DNA from: Gnetum montanum
Taxonomy: Eukaryota > Plantae > Gnetophyta
NCBI GenBank assembly: GCA_015680685.1
Contig: MNCI01000520.1
Coordinates: forward strand, 1,473,412-1,537,411
DNA length: 64,000 nt
Direction of reading: 5' to 3'
Part shown: positions 1-13,583 of the stretch, in pieces
Layout of the letters: every line of letters starts with the position of its first letter
How positions within the stretch are numbered: position 1 is the stretch's first letter
Translations under genes and position numbers: made by a program
The notes under the pieces: model-generated
Told to the model about the DNA's origin: nothing
Database searches by the model: none
Seen by the model: only the letters and a program-made list of their open reading frames with translations

Positions 1-1522
1 ATCATAGTCTCCCCATGGTGTGACTTGTCACACCCAACTAGGCCCCACCCTATCCTTGTCACCATGGTAGGTTGCACCTTCACTACCTTCCCTAAAAATA
101 AACACAAAAAAGGGGACCACAAGCCCTAATACTAATCACAACCACAGCCCCTACGACCATGCTGCAGTATGCAATGATAGCTGAGGTCCCCTATGACTAT
201 GCTACGGAGTGCAATGGTAGCCATAGTTCCTATGGACATGCCTTGGAGTGGCCCTAAGCTCCATAAGAAAAAACAATAGGAAAAAAAAAAGAATTGCAAT
301 AGAACCCTATCTCACCATGGCCCTTCTTCCTCCCACCACCATTGAAACCTTGGTAGTAACCATGACTACTTTGCTTGTTGTGTGTTGGCAACCATGGCCC
401 CCATGGCTGTGCCATGGAGCATGATGTGCAGGGTCCCAAACCCTGCAACTCTTAAAATTCATGCATGCCAAAAAACTATCATTTCAAACCCCTATGCACA
501 ACCCTGAAAACCTATGTAGCCACATGAATCCCATGTGTGCCAAAACCCCACCTATAGCCCAAACTTTGTGTGTGCCCTAGCTTGCATGCAACCCTAGCTT
601 ATGTGCAAGTCTACTCCCCACGTAGCCTCTAAGGGCCAAACAAAAAGTAGAATAAGTAAAACCCCTATAGTAAACTCATCCACCATGGTCACACTCTAGA
701 GCATAGTTGGCCCAAATAATTAAATGAAACCTTCCATAGCATCACACCGTGCCATGGCCAGTGGGTCACCGTAGTGGCCACTACCATGGCAAGGCATGCA
801 AGGTGGTGCATAGGAGTATGCTTCCAAACCCTCAATTTGAAAAAGATTAAAAATGAGAAAAAAATGACACCAAAAGGGGGAGATCATAGTTAGTGTACCT
901 AGCTAAGAAAGATAGCCTCCTTTCCTCCATGCATGCCTATGGTAAGTGGCTTAATTCTCTCTCCCTTGGCAACATTTGTGAACCTTGGGTGAAGGTGTCA
1001 ACTCCAATGCATCATCTTTCTCCCAATTACACTCTCCACTCATGGTAAAGGCATAAGTAGTAGTAAGAATATGCTCCCAAAGTCATGGTGAAATAAAAAA
1101 AATGACAAGTTACCATGGTAAAACTATGCCTATATACCCTCCTTGGGTCATTTAATGATCCACCAACCCAAGACTATGCTCGCCATCAAACGCCTAGTGG
1201 AGAGCATAGTTGGATAAGAGTGTAGTTGGGTGAGAGTGTAGTCAAGCATATTGAGCCCAAAAAGATGATTTTTCATTTCCCTACAAATGTAGAAGTTAAT
1301 TCCACTCTCAAGCATGATTGGCCCTTCTCAGAACAACATGTTTGGCCCATCCGTGGCCTACCAAGGCCTAAAACTGGCATAAACATGTTTACCTTCCCAT
1401 AGCAACTTGGATGCATGCTTAAATAAATTTCATTGAATTTCTTTTTTTTTACTCGTGCATATTAACTTTGTTAAAATAGATGCCACTTGATGTATTTTTG
1501 GTTTATTTTGTTAGAAGATGAC

Positions 1523-4500
1523 ATGGCTATACAAGAGCAGATCTTCTCACCTTTGGTCCTCACAAGGCCTTACGATGATATTAAGTGATACATTGATTGT
1601 CATTGCCTAGAGCTTGAGCTTACAACCTATAATGAAAACATAGCCTCCATAGAAGCACCACTAGACTGGCTTGACCATTTAGTTAAGGCTCTTGACCTAG
1701 AGGTAGGAAACATCATAGAGGATTCCCTTGTAGAGATCCCTACAGTAGCACACAATGTTGAGGTGAGAATGCTAAAACTAAGTTCCTTGCTTGAACCCCA
1801 GCATGCTCAAGACATTGCTAGAGTGCTTAATGATAACATCAAAGTATTTTCATGGTCATACAAGGACATGCAAGGCCTAGATCCCTAACTAGTCCAACAA
1901 AAGATTATCCTCGATCCCTACATCAAGCTAGTTAAACAAAAAGTGTGCAAGGTTTGACCTGAGGTGGTGTTGGTAGTCTGTGATGAGATCACCAAGTGTT
2001 ACAAAGCTGGTTTCATCAGGGCTATCAACTATGTAGACTAGGTCTCCAACATCATAGTTTTGCCTAAGAAAAATGGAAGTATATGCATTTGCATAGTCTT
2101 TTGAAACCTAAACAAGGCAACCATCAAAGACAACTTCCCATTACCCATTATTGATCAATTGATCGATACCACAGCTGGACATGTCTTATTGTCCTTCATG
2201 GATGAGTTCTTAGGTTATAACCAAATTAGGATCAACCCTAAGCACTAGCTTAGTAAAACCTTAATGATCCCCTTGGGGTATGTTTGCTACACAATGATGC
2301 TTTTTGGACTAAAGAATGTAGGAGCAACATACCAACAAGTAATGACATACATCTTTAGTGATTACATGCTGAGTTTGCTCAATGACTATGTAGATGATAT
2401 TGCAGTTAATTCCAAAGTACTCCACAACCATGCAAATGACTTAGACTTAGTGCTTAAATGTTACCTAAAACATGAGCTTAGGATAAATCCCAAGAAGCAT
2501 GTTTTTGACATCAAAATAGGTAGGATGCTCAACTTTGTAGTATTTGAAACAGGTATACATGTAGATCTTAACAAGGTTAAGGCCATAACTAGCTTAGTGC
2601 CACCAACTATCTTTAAGGATCTACGAGGGTTACAAGGTAGAATACAATTCATGCATAGGTTTTTTAATTGGTTAATCAACAAGCTACAACCAATGCAACA
2701 TTTGCTAAAGAAAGCATTCGAAAACATTAAGTAAGAGCTAGCACAACTACCTAGGGTTCATCCTTTGCAAGGAGATAAGCCTTTTTACATTTACCTTGCC
2801 ATTACTAACATGTTCATCTCTTCTCTACTCTACCAAAAGCAAGATGATAGTGTAAAGGTCCTGGTATACTACCTAAGTCATACATTAGTATCCCAAAAAA
2901 TGAGATACAATGACATGGAGAAGTATTGCCTTGCCCTAGTCTTCTCACTAAAGAAGTGAAGGAATTACCTCTTCCACAACTAGGCTAACATCATTTGCAA
3001 GAATAATGTACTCTGAGCTATAACAATGAATATCCATGAAAGTAATCACATTGCATGTTGGAAAGTAATAACAATGGAGTTTGACCTACATTATGCCATG
3101 CAAGCCTCTATGAGATGTCAAGCAATAGTTGCACAATTCACAACTTCACTAATAGATGATCAAGCTACCATAGACCCTATGTTCTCAAACGAGCATGTTA
3201 GTAGTATTAGCTAAGCGCTCAATAGCTATGAGGCACTCTTGCATTTTGACAAAGCTTCAACCTCTAAATGGATTAGTACCACTACTATTATCACATTTTC
3301 CTCTAGGGAGATTTGACCCTTTACATATCATTTCACCTTTCCTTACACCAAGAATGTGGAAAAGTACAAAGGTCTTCTTTGAGGCATCCATGCAGCACAT
3401 GACCACAAGAATCCAATTCATAGTAATCCAAGGTGATTCACAACTAGTGGTCAATTAGGTAGCAAAGGTGTACACCTACAAAGCACGACATTTACAGCCT
3501 TACTATGACCTAGAAAAACACTTGCTACAACACTTTGTAGTTGTTGATGTCCAACATGATTCCTAGAGTGAAAATGCCATTGTAGATGCACTTGAGACAT
3601 TAGCCCTTAGCATAGCACCTAGAATGTTCAACGCATTGCCCACCTTAGTGGTGGATTGCATTGCACCTATCATATAGACCATCAACGATGCATCCGTAGC
3701 TACAGTTCCCACCACCCATGTAAAAGAGTGGTATGATGACATCAAGGCATACCGCCTACAAGGTGAGCCCTTACAATACTTAACTACTACTGAAAAAGAT
3801 GCAGTATGCAAACGTTCATGGTAGTATGTCATCGTAGGTGATAACACACTATGTCAAAAAACCTACAATGGCATATTGCTAACTTGTGTAAGCAAAAATG
3901 AAGCAAAAAAAATCATTGAGCAAGTACACAAAGGACTTTGCAAAGGTCACATAGTGCCTATGGCAATGGAAATAAAAATTAGATAACTAGGATACTATTG
4001 GCATTACATGAAAAGAAGTTGCATTTAGAATGTCAAAATATGCAATCCTTATCAATGGCATAGCAACTTAATGCATTTTCCACCAACTAAATTGCATGTA
4101 ATGCAAATCACATGGTTTTTCCAACATTAAGGCCTAGACATCATCAGACCCATAACACCTAAGTCCTCTATAGGACATAGCTTCATAATAACTACAATAG
4201 GATATTTCACCAAGTGGGTCAAAGATATTCCCCTTTGGAAGATAACATCACAGTAGGTTTGCAAGTTCATGTTATACAACATAGTGACTTGTTTTGGCTT
4301 GCCCATGACCATAGTGATGGACAATGAATTGTAGTTTGGTAGCACTGAAATCAAACCATTTTATGAGAACTTCAACATCAAGCACCTCTTTTCATTGCCA
4401 TAATACCCTTAGGTAAATGGCCAAGTAGAGGCCACCAATAAGATTATCATCAACCTCCTTAAGAAGATGCTATGCAATAGCAAATGATGATGGCATGAGC

Positions 4501-4970
4501 AACTAGTCTATGCACATTGGGCCTACCACATGATTCATCAAACACCAATAGGTATGACACATTATAGCCTTATCTATGGATCTAAAGTAGTTTTTTCACT
4601 TGACTTGCAGGTTTCATTACTTCAAATAATCCTCTTGGACTTCATTGACAAAGGTTAGAATAATGAATTGAGAACCATAGACCTTGACTCAATAGAGGAA
4701 GAGCACATGCATACACTTAATCACATTGAGTGGTACCATGAAAAACAATGGAAAAAGCATTGTCACAATCAACATTAGTTCCTGATTAAGAAAGGTGACC
4801 TAGTCCTCAAGGCTATTCAAGAACTTATGAAAATATTGTTAGCCAAGTGGGAAGGGCCTTTCCTAGTCACTAAGGCCTATGACACTGGAGCATTCAAGCT
4901 CATTGATCAAGAAAGAAATGAGTTTTCCAATCCAATAAACCATTCACATTTGAAGCCATACTACATCTAG
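1523..4970 (+). pseudogene. pol: pol (RT - RNase H - additional archaeal-type RNase H - integrase), many stops and frameshifts
   Basis: RT: KDNFPLP, FGLKNVGATYQ, YVDD at 2387-2398. RH: VYYLSH...EKYCLAL. aRH: IQGDSQLVVN, ENAIVDAL. INT: H-x6-H zinc-finger remnant, LDIIRPI, FTKWV, GQVEATNK, KWEGPF. Stop TAG at 4968-4970. ATG 1523 is in frame with ORF 2264. Confidence 0.95.
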
Positions 4971-5010
4971 CATGCAGCACCACACATCAATGAAGCAATG
5001 TAAGCATTTG

Positions 5011-5475
5011 TTCACTACAACGTTAAACTAGAACAGTGGTATGCTACAATGCTAAACTGGTACACATTGTTTACTATGATGTTAAATTGGCACAACACAT
5101 CCACTATGATGCTAAACTAGCATAATCATCTCCTATGATACTAAACTAGCATAGCTTGTCCACTATAATGTTAAACCAACATAACTCATCTTCTAAGACA
5201 TTAAACTAGCATAGCTCATCCTTGGATCATGATGTTAAACTAGCACAACGCATCTATTAAAACTATAAACTAGTAGTCATCATGACTTTAAACTAGTAGT
5301 CTACCATGACTCTAAAGTGGCACAACACGTCCACTAAGATGCTAAACTAGCATAGAGTAGTCTGCTAGGACTATAAACTAGAATGACATGGTGTACCAAG
5401 ATCTAAAACTAGGCCCAATGGTTTGCTAGGACCTTAAACTAGTAAAGCCATGGTCTACTAAGATCTTAAACTTGG
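5011..5475 (+). repeat. Tandem array of ~30 bp stem-loop + TAAACTRG units directly after the integrase stop (copy C)
   Basis: About 15 units, e.g. agtc-tgctag-gact-ataaactag and ggtc-tactaa-gatc-ttaaact. Confidence 0.85.
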
Positions 5476-6471
5476 TTTGCATTGATAACCTTTTCCATCA
5501 TTTTGCAAGCAAGCAAGCAAGCAAGAATACCATAACTCTCCTCCTATAGCAAGCAAGCAAGCATACTATAGTTCTAGAATAAAACACTTGCAATCTATTC
5601 AACCTATGTTGCTAATGTGACCTTATACATTTTTTCATTTGTAGTCTATTTGGATTTATGTCTTGTATGGTTGTCTTGTCTTATTAGAGTTGTGTTTGTA
5701 GGACAAAGCCCTAGGTGGTCATACAAAGGTGCATCTCATCATAGCAACAAGTTGGCACATTGCTCTGATGTGCATGATTTGACTAACTAAACCTCTCAAG
5801 AGTGCATATCCCCATTATCTTATTAGAGCCTACTCAGATCTACTCCTATATCCCTATATTCTGTGTGAAGCCTTGGTTAGCTAGTTAAAGCCTAAGTGGA
5901 TGTAACATAAATCATTTGGGGAAGGAAACAACTATTGTAGAGACATGACATGGTTTCAAAAATAACAAATAAAATTCCATATAATGACATGTAATCCATT
6001 AGATTGGAAGCACCTTGAAACAATCATTTAGTAACATGTAGAGCCCAAAGAAGGTTCACCCTACCCGAAAAAAGTGAGTGAGGAAAAATCATGTTACTAA
6101 GCCATCTAGTAGCAAAGTAGTCTTGTAGCTAGCCTAGCCTTGAATCTACACCTTAACTCTCTCACAAGCACTCTAATGAGAGGACAATGTTTTCAAGGGC
6201 AAGCCACTCTAGTGCCATAGTTACCATCACCTATGATGTCCTCACATCATAACAACTCACTTGCACCTCATCTCCCCTTTTATCCCTAGCACATCACCTA
6301 TGCCTTTTACTCCCAATTCTCACCTACTATCTAGCATACCACTATCCACAACACTCTTGAGCATGGTGTAGCAACATTTGATAAGGTATCGAAGAGTGAT
6401 GTTGGTGCCAAGTCTACTATGGTGTTTTCCTATTCTTTATCAATGTCTCTTGGGCCACTCCTCCAAACGTC

Positions 6472-6487
6472 AACAAAGAAGGGTTAA
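6472..6487 (+). other. Short, atypical polypurine tract of copy C
   Basis: AACAAAGAAGGGTTAA immediately precedes the LTR start TGAAACA. The same context (AACAAATAGGGTCCAA-TGAAACAC) occurs in element D on the - strand at 13584-13599. Confidence 0.6.
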
Positions 6488-8061
6488 TGAAACAACACCA
6501 AATCTAGACTATGGCATCTAAACTATAATTTTTGCTAAGTGTTGAGACTACACTCAATCCTAGTTGAGAGTGTAGTCAACACGAGGGCCAATTTTGCAAA
6601 TTTCCTTTAAGTGCTGAGACTATGCTCTCCCCTAGTTGAGAACATAGTTAGCCTCTCATGGAGAGCATAGTCAACATGAAGGTTAGTTTTTGCAAATTGT
6701 TTCTATGTGTTGAGACTACACTCAACCTTAGTTGAGAGTGTAGTCAACCTCTCATGGAGAGTGTAGTCAATAGGAAGCAAGTTTTCACAAGTTTTGGTAA
6801 GTCATAGGACTATGCTCACCTCCAATTGGGAGCATAATAACCCTCTCATGGAGAGCATGGTCTACAAAAAATCCATTTTCTCATAGATTTCACTAGCATT
6901 AAGACTATACTCTCCCCTAATCCAAAGCATAATAAACATCTCATAGAGAGCATAGTTAGCCAAAATAGTCTCCAATAGCCTTCATAATGCACCAATGATG
7001 CTTAAATTAGCTCTAGAATGTACTCAACTCAACTTTGGCAAGCATAGTTGAAAAAATATTTCTTTTTCATATCCCCTTTTACCCCAAAATTGTAATTGCA
7101 CTTAACCCCATGTGAAGGTGTGGAGAGCAAAGTCTCTGGCTTGCATTTTTTAGGTATCATATGGTCTTCTCAGCACATACATGTAGTTGGCAGCATAGTC
7201 ATAATTTCACAGTCTTGCAAAGTTTGGTAGAGCACAGAAAAGCACAACACCACTAGCCTAGTGGAGAGTGTAGTTGGGGGAGAGCATAGACCCAACCGTC
7301 CCCTTCACCACGTCATAGTCATCTTGCATTTTCTGCTAATCCTAAACCTATAAATACCTATGCCTTCAAATTTTTTAGGGTTGGCAAATCAAAAGGTTGG
7401 TAAAATCTAAGGAGTTCCTTGGAGAAAACCAAAGGCATTTTGATGAACCAAGGATAGGTGGAGTCGCAAACCACTATAGACTCCCATAGCCCAGTAGAGC
7501 ACTACAACCAATGGTACATTGTGATAGCCAAACTAATAGACACAAGCACCTTGGTGGAATTCCAGTCTTGATGGCTAGATACCTCAGAGACTGTGAGTAT
7601 GTTGTCCACTACACCTATTATACACTATGTACCTTCTAATCCATTTGGGGTGGTGTGTCACTTCTATCTCTCTCTCTCTCTATATTTCTTTACATTTTTC
7701 ACTATTTTACCACATAGTTGTGCCTAAAACTATGCTCGAGTAGTGGTCTACATGTGTTAGCACTACCAACTTCATTGAAACTTTTGACTACACTCATCCC
7801 CTCTTGAGCACCTGTGAGTACGCTCAACATCATAAACACCGTTAACATTGCAAACACCGCTTGCACACTTAACATCATTTCGCATCACCACTATGGCTAG
7901 CCAAGCTGCACCCCTATTGTATCTGGTAAGTCCCTATTTGATCGGCCAGACCATCTAGGGTACCACATCTCTACCTTTACCAAGTCCTCATGTGTATTCA
8001 AAGTTAGGCTATGTGCCTGTGGACCTTGGTGTTCTAGCCATCAACATTTTTGATCATTACA
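6488..8061 (+). repeat. 3' LTR of copy C
   Basis: Starts TGAAACA like the other family LTRs and ends TTACA. TATAAATA at 7349-7356. U5 end resembles those of A1, A2 and D. Confidence 0.8.
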
Positions 8062-8312
8062 ATGAGCTCAAATTCCCTCTTAGCTTCTGCTTCCACTCTT
8101 GGAATTAGCATGTCACCTTGGATCTTGACACAAATGAAAGTATAGTGCTCTTCATTTATTACCAGTTACCTAAGATTTTTTCCCTTAAGGCATAGGGATT
8201 ATCTACATTCAGTCACAGTCAGGCCCTTGGGGTCATAGACCCTCATGTATTGTTGATCAGACCCATTGTCAGTATAGTTGTAAGGAAACTTGGTCAGTTG
8301 TGATAAAGACAT
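8062..8312 (-). pseudogene. gag: gag N-terminal fragment of B'
   Basis: MSLSQLTKFPYNYTDNG...VYDPKGLTV aligns with B (MSFNQLTILPFNFINIG...VYDTKDSTV). Confidence 0.65.
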
Positions 8313-9037
8313 GACAATTATGCTAAAAATCACTTGAGATAGGCTATAAAAGGTAATAATAGGAGTAAATTCTATTAAGTGGAATTCAAAAATTATCAAA
8401 AGAAGCAAAAATGAATGAAAATAAAGTACTTAGTACAAATAGTAAGTGAGGGGAAAAGGCCTAGGGTTGTTGGGGGGGGGGGGGGGGTGCGTGCACATCC
8501 ATTTACCAAAAATAGAAAGGTGAAAAGGTTGTAACAAACTTCACCCATGCTAGCTTCCTAGTTGCCTCTAAACTAGGTATAATAGGAGGAAAGGAGGAGG
8601 GTGAGATGGGGGGATCTCACACCTTCCTATTCCAACATTGATGAAGGGGGAAAGTTTGACAATCCAAATGGAAACTAGGACTTTTTAGAAATTTTTTTGA
8701 CAAGTTTCAAAATTCCACCACAAGGAAGAAGGGAATGGGGGTTTGGTTATTTGAACTACCAATGTTAGCTTCCTTGAAACAATGTGGCAATAGGATGGGG
8801 GTGGAAATGGACCTAAAACCCAACATTGGCCTTGGGGTTTCATAGCAACTGCTATGAAAACTTCAACACCCAAACACTTGTAACATCCATGTTGGGTTTG
8901 TGGGGTAGAGGGGGTTGCATTATAGCATGGATATTAGTTGAAAATTGAAGGTTTTTGTTAGAAAAACTAGAATTGCAACTTGTAGGCCAACACTAGCTAT
9001 GGGAAGAATATATTTTAGTGAAGAGATCAAGTGGAGG

Positions 9038-9054
9038 CCCTCCTTCTAGTGCTA
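9038..9054 (-). other. Primer-binding site, tRNA-Asn (B')
   Basis: Reverse complement TAGCACTAGAAGGAGGG matches TGGCGCTAGAAGGAGGG, the complement of the plant tRNA-Asn 3' end. Confidence 0.8.
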
Positions 9055-9060
9055 AGAAAC

Positions 9061-10586
9061 TATTGCAACAAAAAATCTCAACTGTTGGAAAGCCAAGGAT
9101 TTTTAGTTGTAAATAGTCTCAACCCTAAATTTATAGAGCCTCCAAGAAAAATGAAATTTTGGATGCCCTTAATAGTTTGGTAGATCACCCAAGGACTTAT
9201 GGGGATGGAAAACAAGGGTAAAGAAGTAAAGAGATGAATTTCCATAAAATAATGCACTAAAAATACAAAAATTAATCTAAAATTGTACACAAGATGAAAT
9301 TATAAACTTTATTAATTAATTAAAGAATGAGTTTAGAGATGTGTACAAAATTTGTGCCCAAGAGGAGGGCAAGGAGGGTTCACTTGGGTGGGGGCTCTAG
9401 GTTCGTTGAAGCTAATAGAATTTGCTTCATGATTTAAATACTCAACTACTCCCAATGTTTTTGAAGCTTCTTTGTTACCACTCAAGATCTATAATGTTGG
9501 TCATTTCTAGGGTTGAGAATCTTGAAGGATTGGAGTTGCCAAAATTCTCCACATTGGGATTTGGAAATCCTAGGGGGGCAATGTTGACACCCAAGGCTTA
9601 CAAATCCCAAGGAGNGGGGGGGGGGGGGGTGTAATAGGGGTAACAAGGTTATAATGATTCTATGTTGTTAGGCCCAAAGAAGTTGCATTTTTTCTAGGTA
9701 GAAAGAGCTCTTGTTTGCCTAGGATGCCAAATGCTCAAAAATGCTAAAGTGTGGAACCTTGAAATGGTGTAGGGATTTGGCTTTTATAGGTCTTTGGGCA
9801 TGATTTGGGTTGTAAATTTGTTGCAAAAAACTAACATATTGGACTATAAATTAGCTACAAATTTATGCCATGTCTAGGGGAATAAGTGTCCAAAATCTAG
9901 GGGGTTTACAATATATGTAAAGTGTCATAACCTCATGATCATTTTGTTTACCAAAAATAGTAACAGTGGTGCAACTTCAATGCTAGCTTTGCTTCTTCCA
10001 CATTGGCATTGCAAGCTTCTTACTGGATTTGATATGACATCAAAATCTTGGTCACATTTCTTCTACATTGGGGAGGATATGTCAACATTGGGGAGGATGA
10101 AAGATCACCACTGGGGTTCATGGTTAAATCCTTCTATGCTGAGTATCACCCCCCTTCTATGATAGGTATAGGTGAGATCCACCCCCCTACACCCCTTTGT
10201 ATTAGTTTTGATGCTTCTATGCTAGGCGTAGGTGATCCAAATTCCTCCATGCTAAGGGTAGGTTGGATTTAACCCCTTTCTAGTATTTTCAATGTAAAAA
10301 AGTCTATATCCCCCATAAAATGCTTTAAATTGCCATTTTTGGCATCCCAAGAGACATTTTTAACCTTCCAAAGCTCAAATATAGATAGTAGGTGACTCTT
10401 TTCACTTGGGGAATGAGGCTTTGACCACTTATGAGGCATTTTCAACCCCAAAAGTATGAAAGATATGAGATTACTCCTCATGAGTTATAATCTTCACATT
10501 TACAATGAAGTTTCACCACAAGTTTCATAGGGTGAAGCCTACATGATGAAAAATTATTACAACATGCAAATTTTGGTGGTGTTTGA
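9061..10586 (-). repeat. 5' LTR of B'
   Basis: Lies next to the PBS. Its terminal sequence is homologous to the B LTR start at 54145. Confidence 0.7.
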
Positions 10587-11880
10587 CTATCAACTTTGGA
10601 ACAATGGGATTATATTATATGGAATGTAGTGCAATATGGTCCTAAGCTTTGAAGAAAATGTTGAGTGGATTTCCAAGAGCACTCATATAGATTTTTGTTT
10701 AATAAATATAAAAGAGATTATAATACATATGATACAAATGAAAATCAATGTTTCCAAGATGAGGAAGATGATAGAATATTTATAATTTTATACTTTATAA
10801 TTTGTATGGATTTTATGAATATAAGAATAAAATAAATATAAACACATGCACATATCATAATCCATCTTAGGGATAGATTCAATGCTCATGTTGTAATCCA
10901 TCTTGTGGACATGTGCAACACCATACATGAAATGTAATAAATATGGCTCTTAATCACAACCTCAATGGCCCAACATTATGCTATATAGTTATGACCTCCT
11001 TGGACAAGAATGAATTATTGCAACTCAATCAAATAGAAATTAAATAAATATTTTTATTATATTTATGTTTAAGGAATCAATGATGAAACGAGGGAAAACC
11101 ATGAACCTTATTCATCATGCAAACACTAGACTTCACATCAAATAAATGCTTCTTGGTTACATAAGCAAGGAGGACTCTAATAGAGTCTAGGCACACTTGT
11201 GAAAGTGATGACTCAAAATACACATAATACAAGAAAATGAATCAAATTAGATAAGGAAGGAAGAGCTTTTTACATAAAATAAACACCAAAAGCCAAAATG
11301 AAATTCAAATTATGACTAAGTTATGTGTTAGAGATCATCTTGGGTATTTATAATTTTTGCATATAAATATAAGAGATGCTTTACTGCCTAGGTATGAACG
11401 TGTGTTAATATAGCTCAAGCTGATCTTGACCACATTGAATATTAATAAAGATAAACTAGGACTAGAGGAGGATGTGATGCAAGATAGTCTGTGCATCCCA
11501 TCAAAATTACATTTTGTGCCTTCAATCCCAGATAAAAGTAAAAAATTGAGGAAGCATGCCAGAGGGATCATAGGACATCCAAATGAAGCTGGAATTGTTC
11601 TAAAGGGCATGGAGTCATGCACATAATCTTAGAGTGTGACATAGAAGGAAAGGATGCATCTCAGGAGACTAAGAACCTTAATTGAATATGCTAGACTATA
11701 AACATAGGGCATATAAAATGCTTTTCAAATCTAGGGCTTACAATTGACTTACAAATTGCCACTTAATGCCTCATCAATTCACAAAGGAAACATGATGAAA
11801 AATATCATAGTCAAATGCTAAACATGTACATGGGTATAATGAATGAAATAGGAAAGCATCAAATAAAATGTACTTAATTA
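10587..11880 (-). repeat. Probable 3' LTR of the Athila-like element
   Basis: 10604-11760 is colinear with 51907-53075. A PPT-like TGGGGAAGAGA lies on the - strand at ~11883-11893. Confidence 0.6.
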
Positions 11881-11923
11881 TGTCTCTTCCCCATGATTAT
11901 GTTACAAAACATCAACCTTAGAC

Positions 11924-13583
11924 TGTAGAGACTGAAAAAATAAGTGGCTGGAACATTGAGGGGTTCACAGATGTAAGCCTAATCCTACATCTGCATGAGG
12001 GCCTTAGTGGAGGTGAAGGTGGGGGTGCCTTAAATGGTCTTATCGATCGAACATGGACTTTGCTGATTGCAATTGCGGTGATGGGTGTAACTAGGGGTGG
12101 CATGCTTAGCTGAAAATGCAAACTCAAAAAACATGAAATGGTGCTAAATGTCAAAGTGATGTTTTGTGGTGCTAACTGTAGAGTGGAGCCACAAAATGGG
12201 AGTGAGCATAGCCAAGGGTTTCGACAGAAATGAGGGTGTCAAACCATGGATACTACCACCCAAGTGTAGTACAATGTGATGATGTGTGAAAAAAATGTAA
12301 AAAAATGTAGGAAAAATGAAAGAAAATGCTAGAAATGAAAGAGAGAAATGGAACACTACCCTAGATGGGAGTGTATTTAGCTTCAAAAGGGTCTCAGAAG
12401 GTACATAGTATATAATAGGTGTAGTGGGAGTGTAGTCACAGTCTTGGTGGTCTCTACCTATGAAGTTTGGTGCTCACCATGATGAACGATGCCTATTGGG
12501 TTGGCCACCATAGTGTACTGTGTAGTGTTATACAGAGTTGAAATGGGGCTACAGTGTACCATGCGGTGCAGGGCTATAATGGGACTATGGTGTACTATGT
12601 GATGCAGAGCTGTAATGGGTTTGTGATGTACCATGTGGTGTAACTATGCCTCTCTATCAGTGTAGTGTGCTCTAGGTCTTGTTTTCCATGGAGCTAAGTG
12701 CCAAGATGCCAAAATGACAAATGAAAGTGCCAACTACCAACCACTAAAATGTTTGGGGTCTAGGGCTATTTATAGGGCTAGGGTTAGCCCAAAATATAGA
12801 TTAAGTACCACATGATGGTGTGGTAGGTGGGGCTATGCTCTGGGGTAGTTGGGAATAGTGTAGCACTAATTCTTAGAGAAATTCATTGAAGTTGATGTCC
12901 CCATGTAGGCTATGCTAGCTACGCTCTAGAGCATAGCACCGGGAGTTAGAAAATTTGCCAATCTATTTCTTCCATCCCAAGCTAGCTTAATAGCTCTTGG
13001 CTTGACACTTAGGTAAACTGGCCATTAAAGTGCATGCTACACTAGCTACACTTTATAACATAGAAGAGAGAATGGGAGCATAGCACAACACTTAGAAAAA
13101 TTCTGCAAAACTAGCTATTTGTGTGTTGACTATGCTGGCTACGCTCTAGAGTGTAGTAGCTATAGTGTAAAGCACTATAGCTATAGTTTTGAGCGTAGCA
13201 ACTACAATGTTGAGCATAGCATAACACTTAGAGAAATTTTGTAGATTTGGACTAGCAGTGTACACTACACTAACTATGCTCTAGAGCATAGTCCAAGACT
13301 TAGAAAAATTTGCAGCTATGACCTCTTTCAGATACTTATCCAAAATTGCAAAAGATTGGCTATTGAAGCTAACTACACTCTACTACAATGGAGAGTGTAA
13401 TCCCAATGCTTAGAAAAATTTGCAGAAAGTGTCATCATTATGATAGTCAGAAAAATTTTGCAAATCTAGAAGTTGGAGTTGATATGCTTAACACTTAGAA
13501 AAATTTGGGCAAAGTGCCACCATTTTGACACTTATTCAAATTTGTAGTCAAGAAGTAGTTGTCCAAATTTTTTTAGTGTTTCA
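11924..13583 (-). repeat. 3' LTR of D (1660 bp)
   Basis: On the - strand it starts TGAAACAC and ends CTCTACA. TATA at 12767-12774. 12820-13583 aligns with 44510-45263. Confidence 0.85.

Larger units (their letters stand above)
1..8061 (+). mobile_element. Tat-type Ty3/Gypsy LTR retrotransposon copy C (3' part; 5' part outside window)
   Basis: Decayed pol at 1523-4970, post-INT motif array, PPT-like tract and 3' LTR 6488-8061 ending ...ATTACA. Directly abuts the interrupted gag of element B'. Confidence 0.9.
8062..10586 (-). mobile_element. Tat-type copy B' (5' LTR, PBS, 5' UTR and start of gag, interrupted by copy C)
   Basis: LTR start (T)CAAACACCACC matches B at 54145. PBS at 9038-9054. 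gag start 8312-8062 aligns with B gag at 56039-56290. Confidence 0.8.

Noticed and set aside
5915-5940. GGGGAAGGAAA + TGTAG as PPT and LTR start of C
   Set aside because: The TSD-defined ends of D and A1 show that family LTRs start TGAAACAC/TGACACAC, which places the C LTR start at 6488.
9611-9629. Poly-G run (also 8472-8487) as a G-quadruplex element
   Set aside because: These are simple homopolymers and one abuts an N gap, so length and function cannot be supported.
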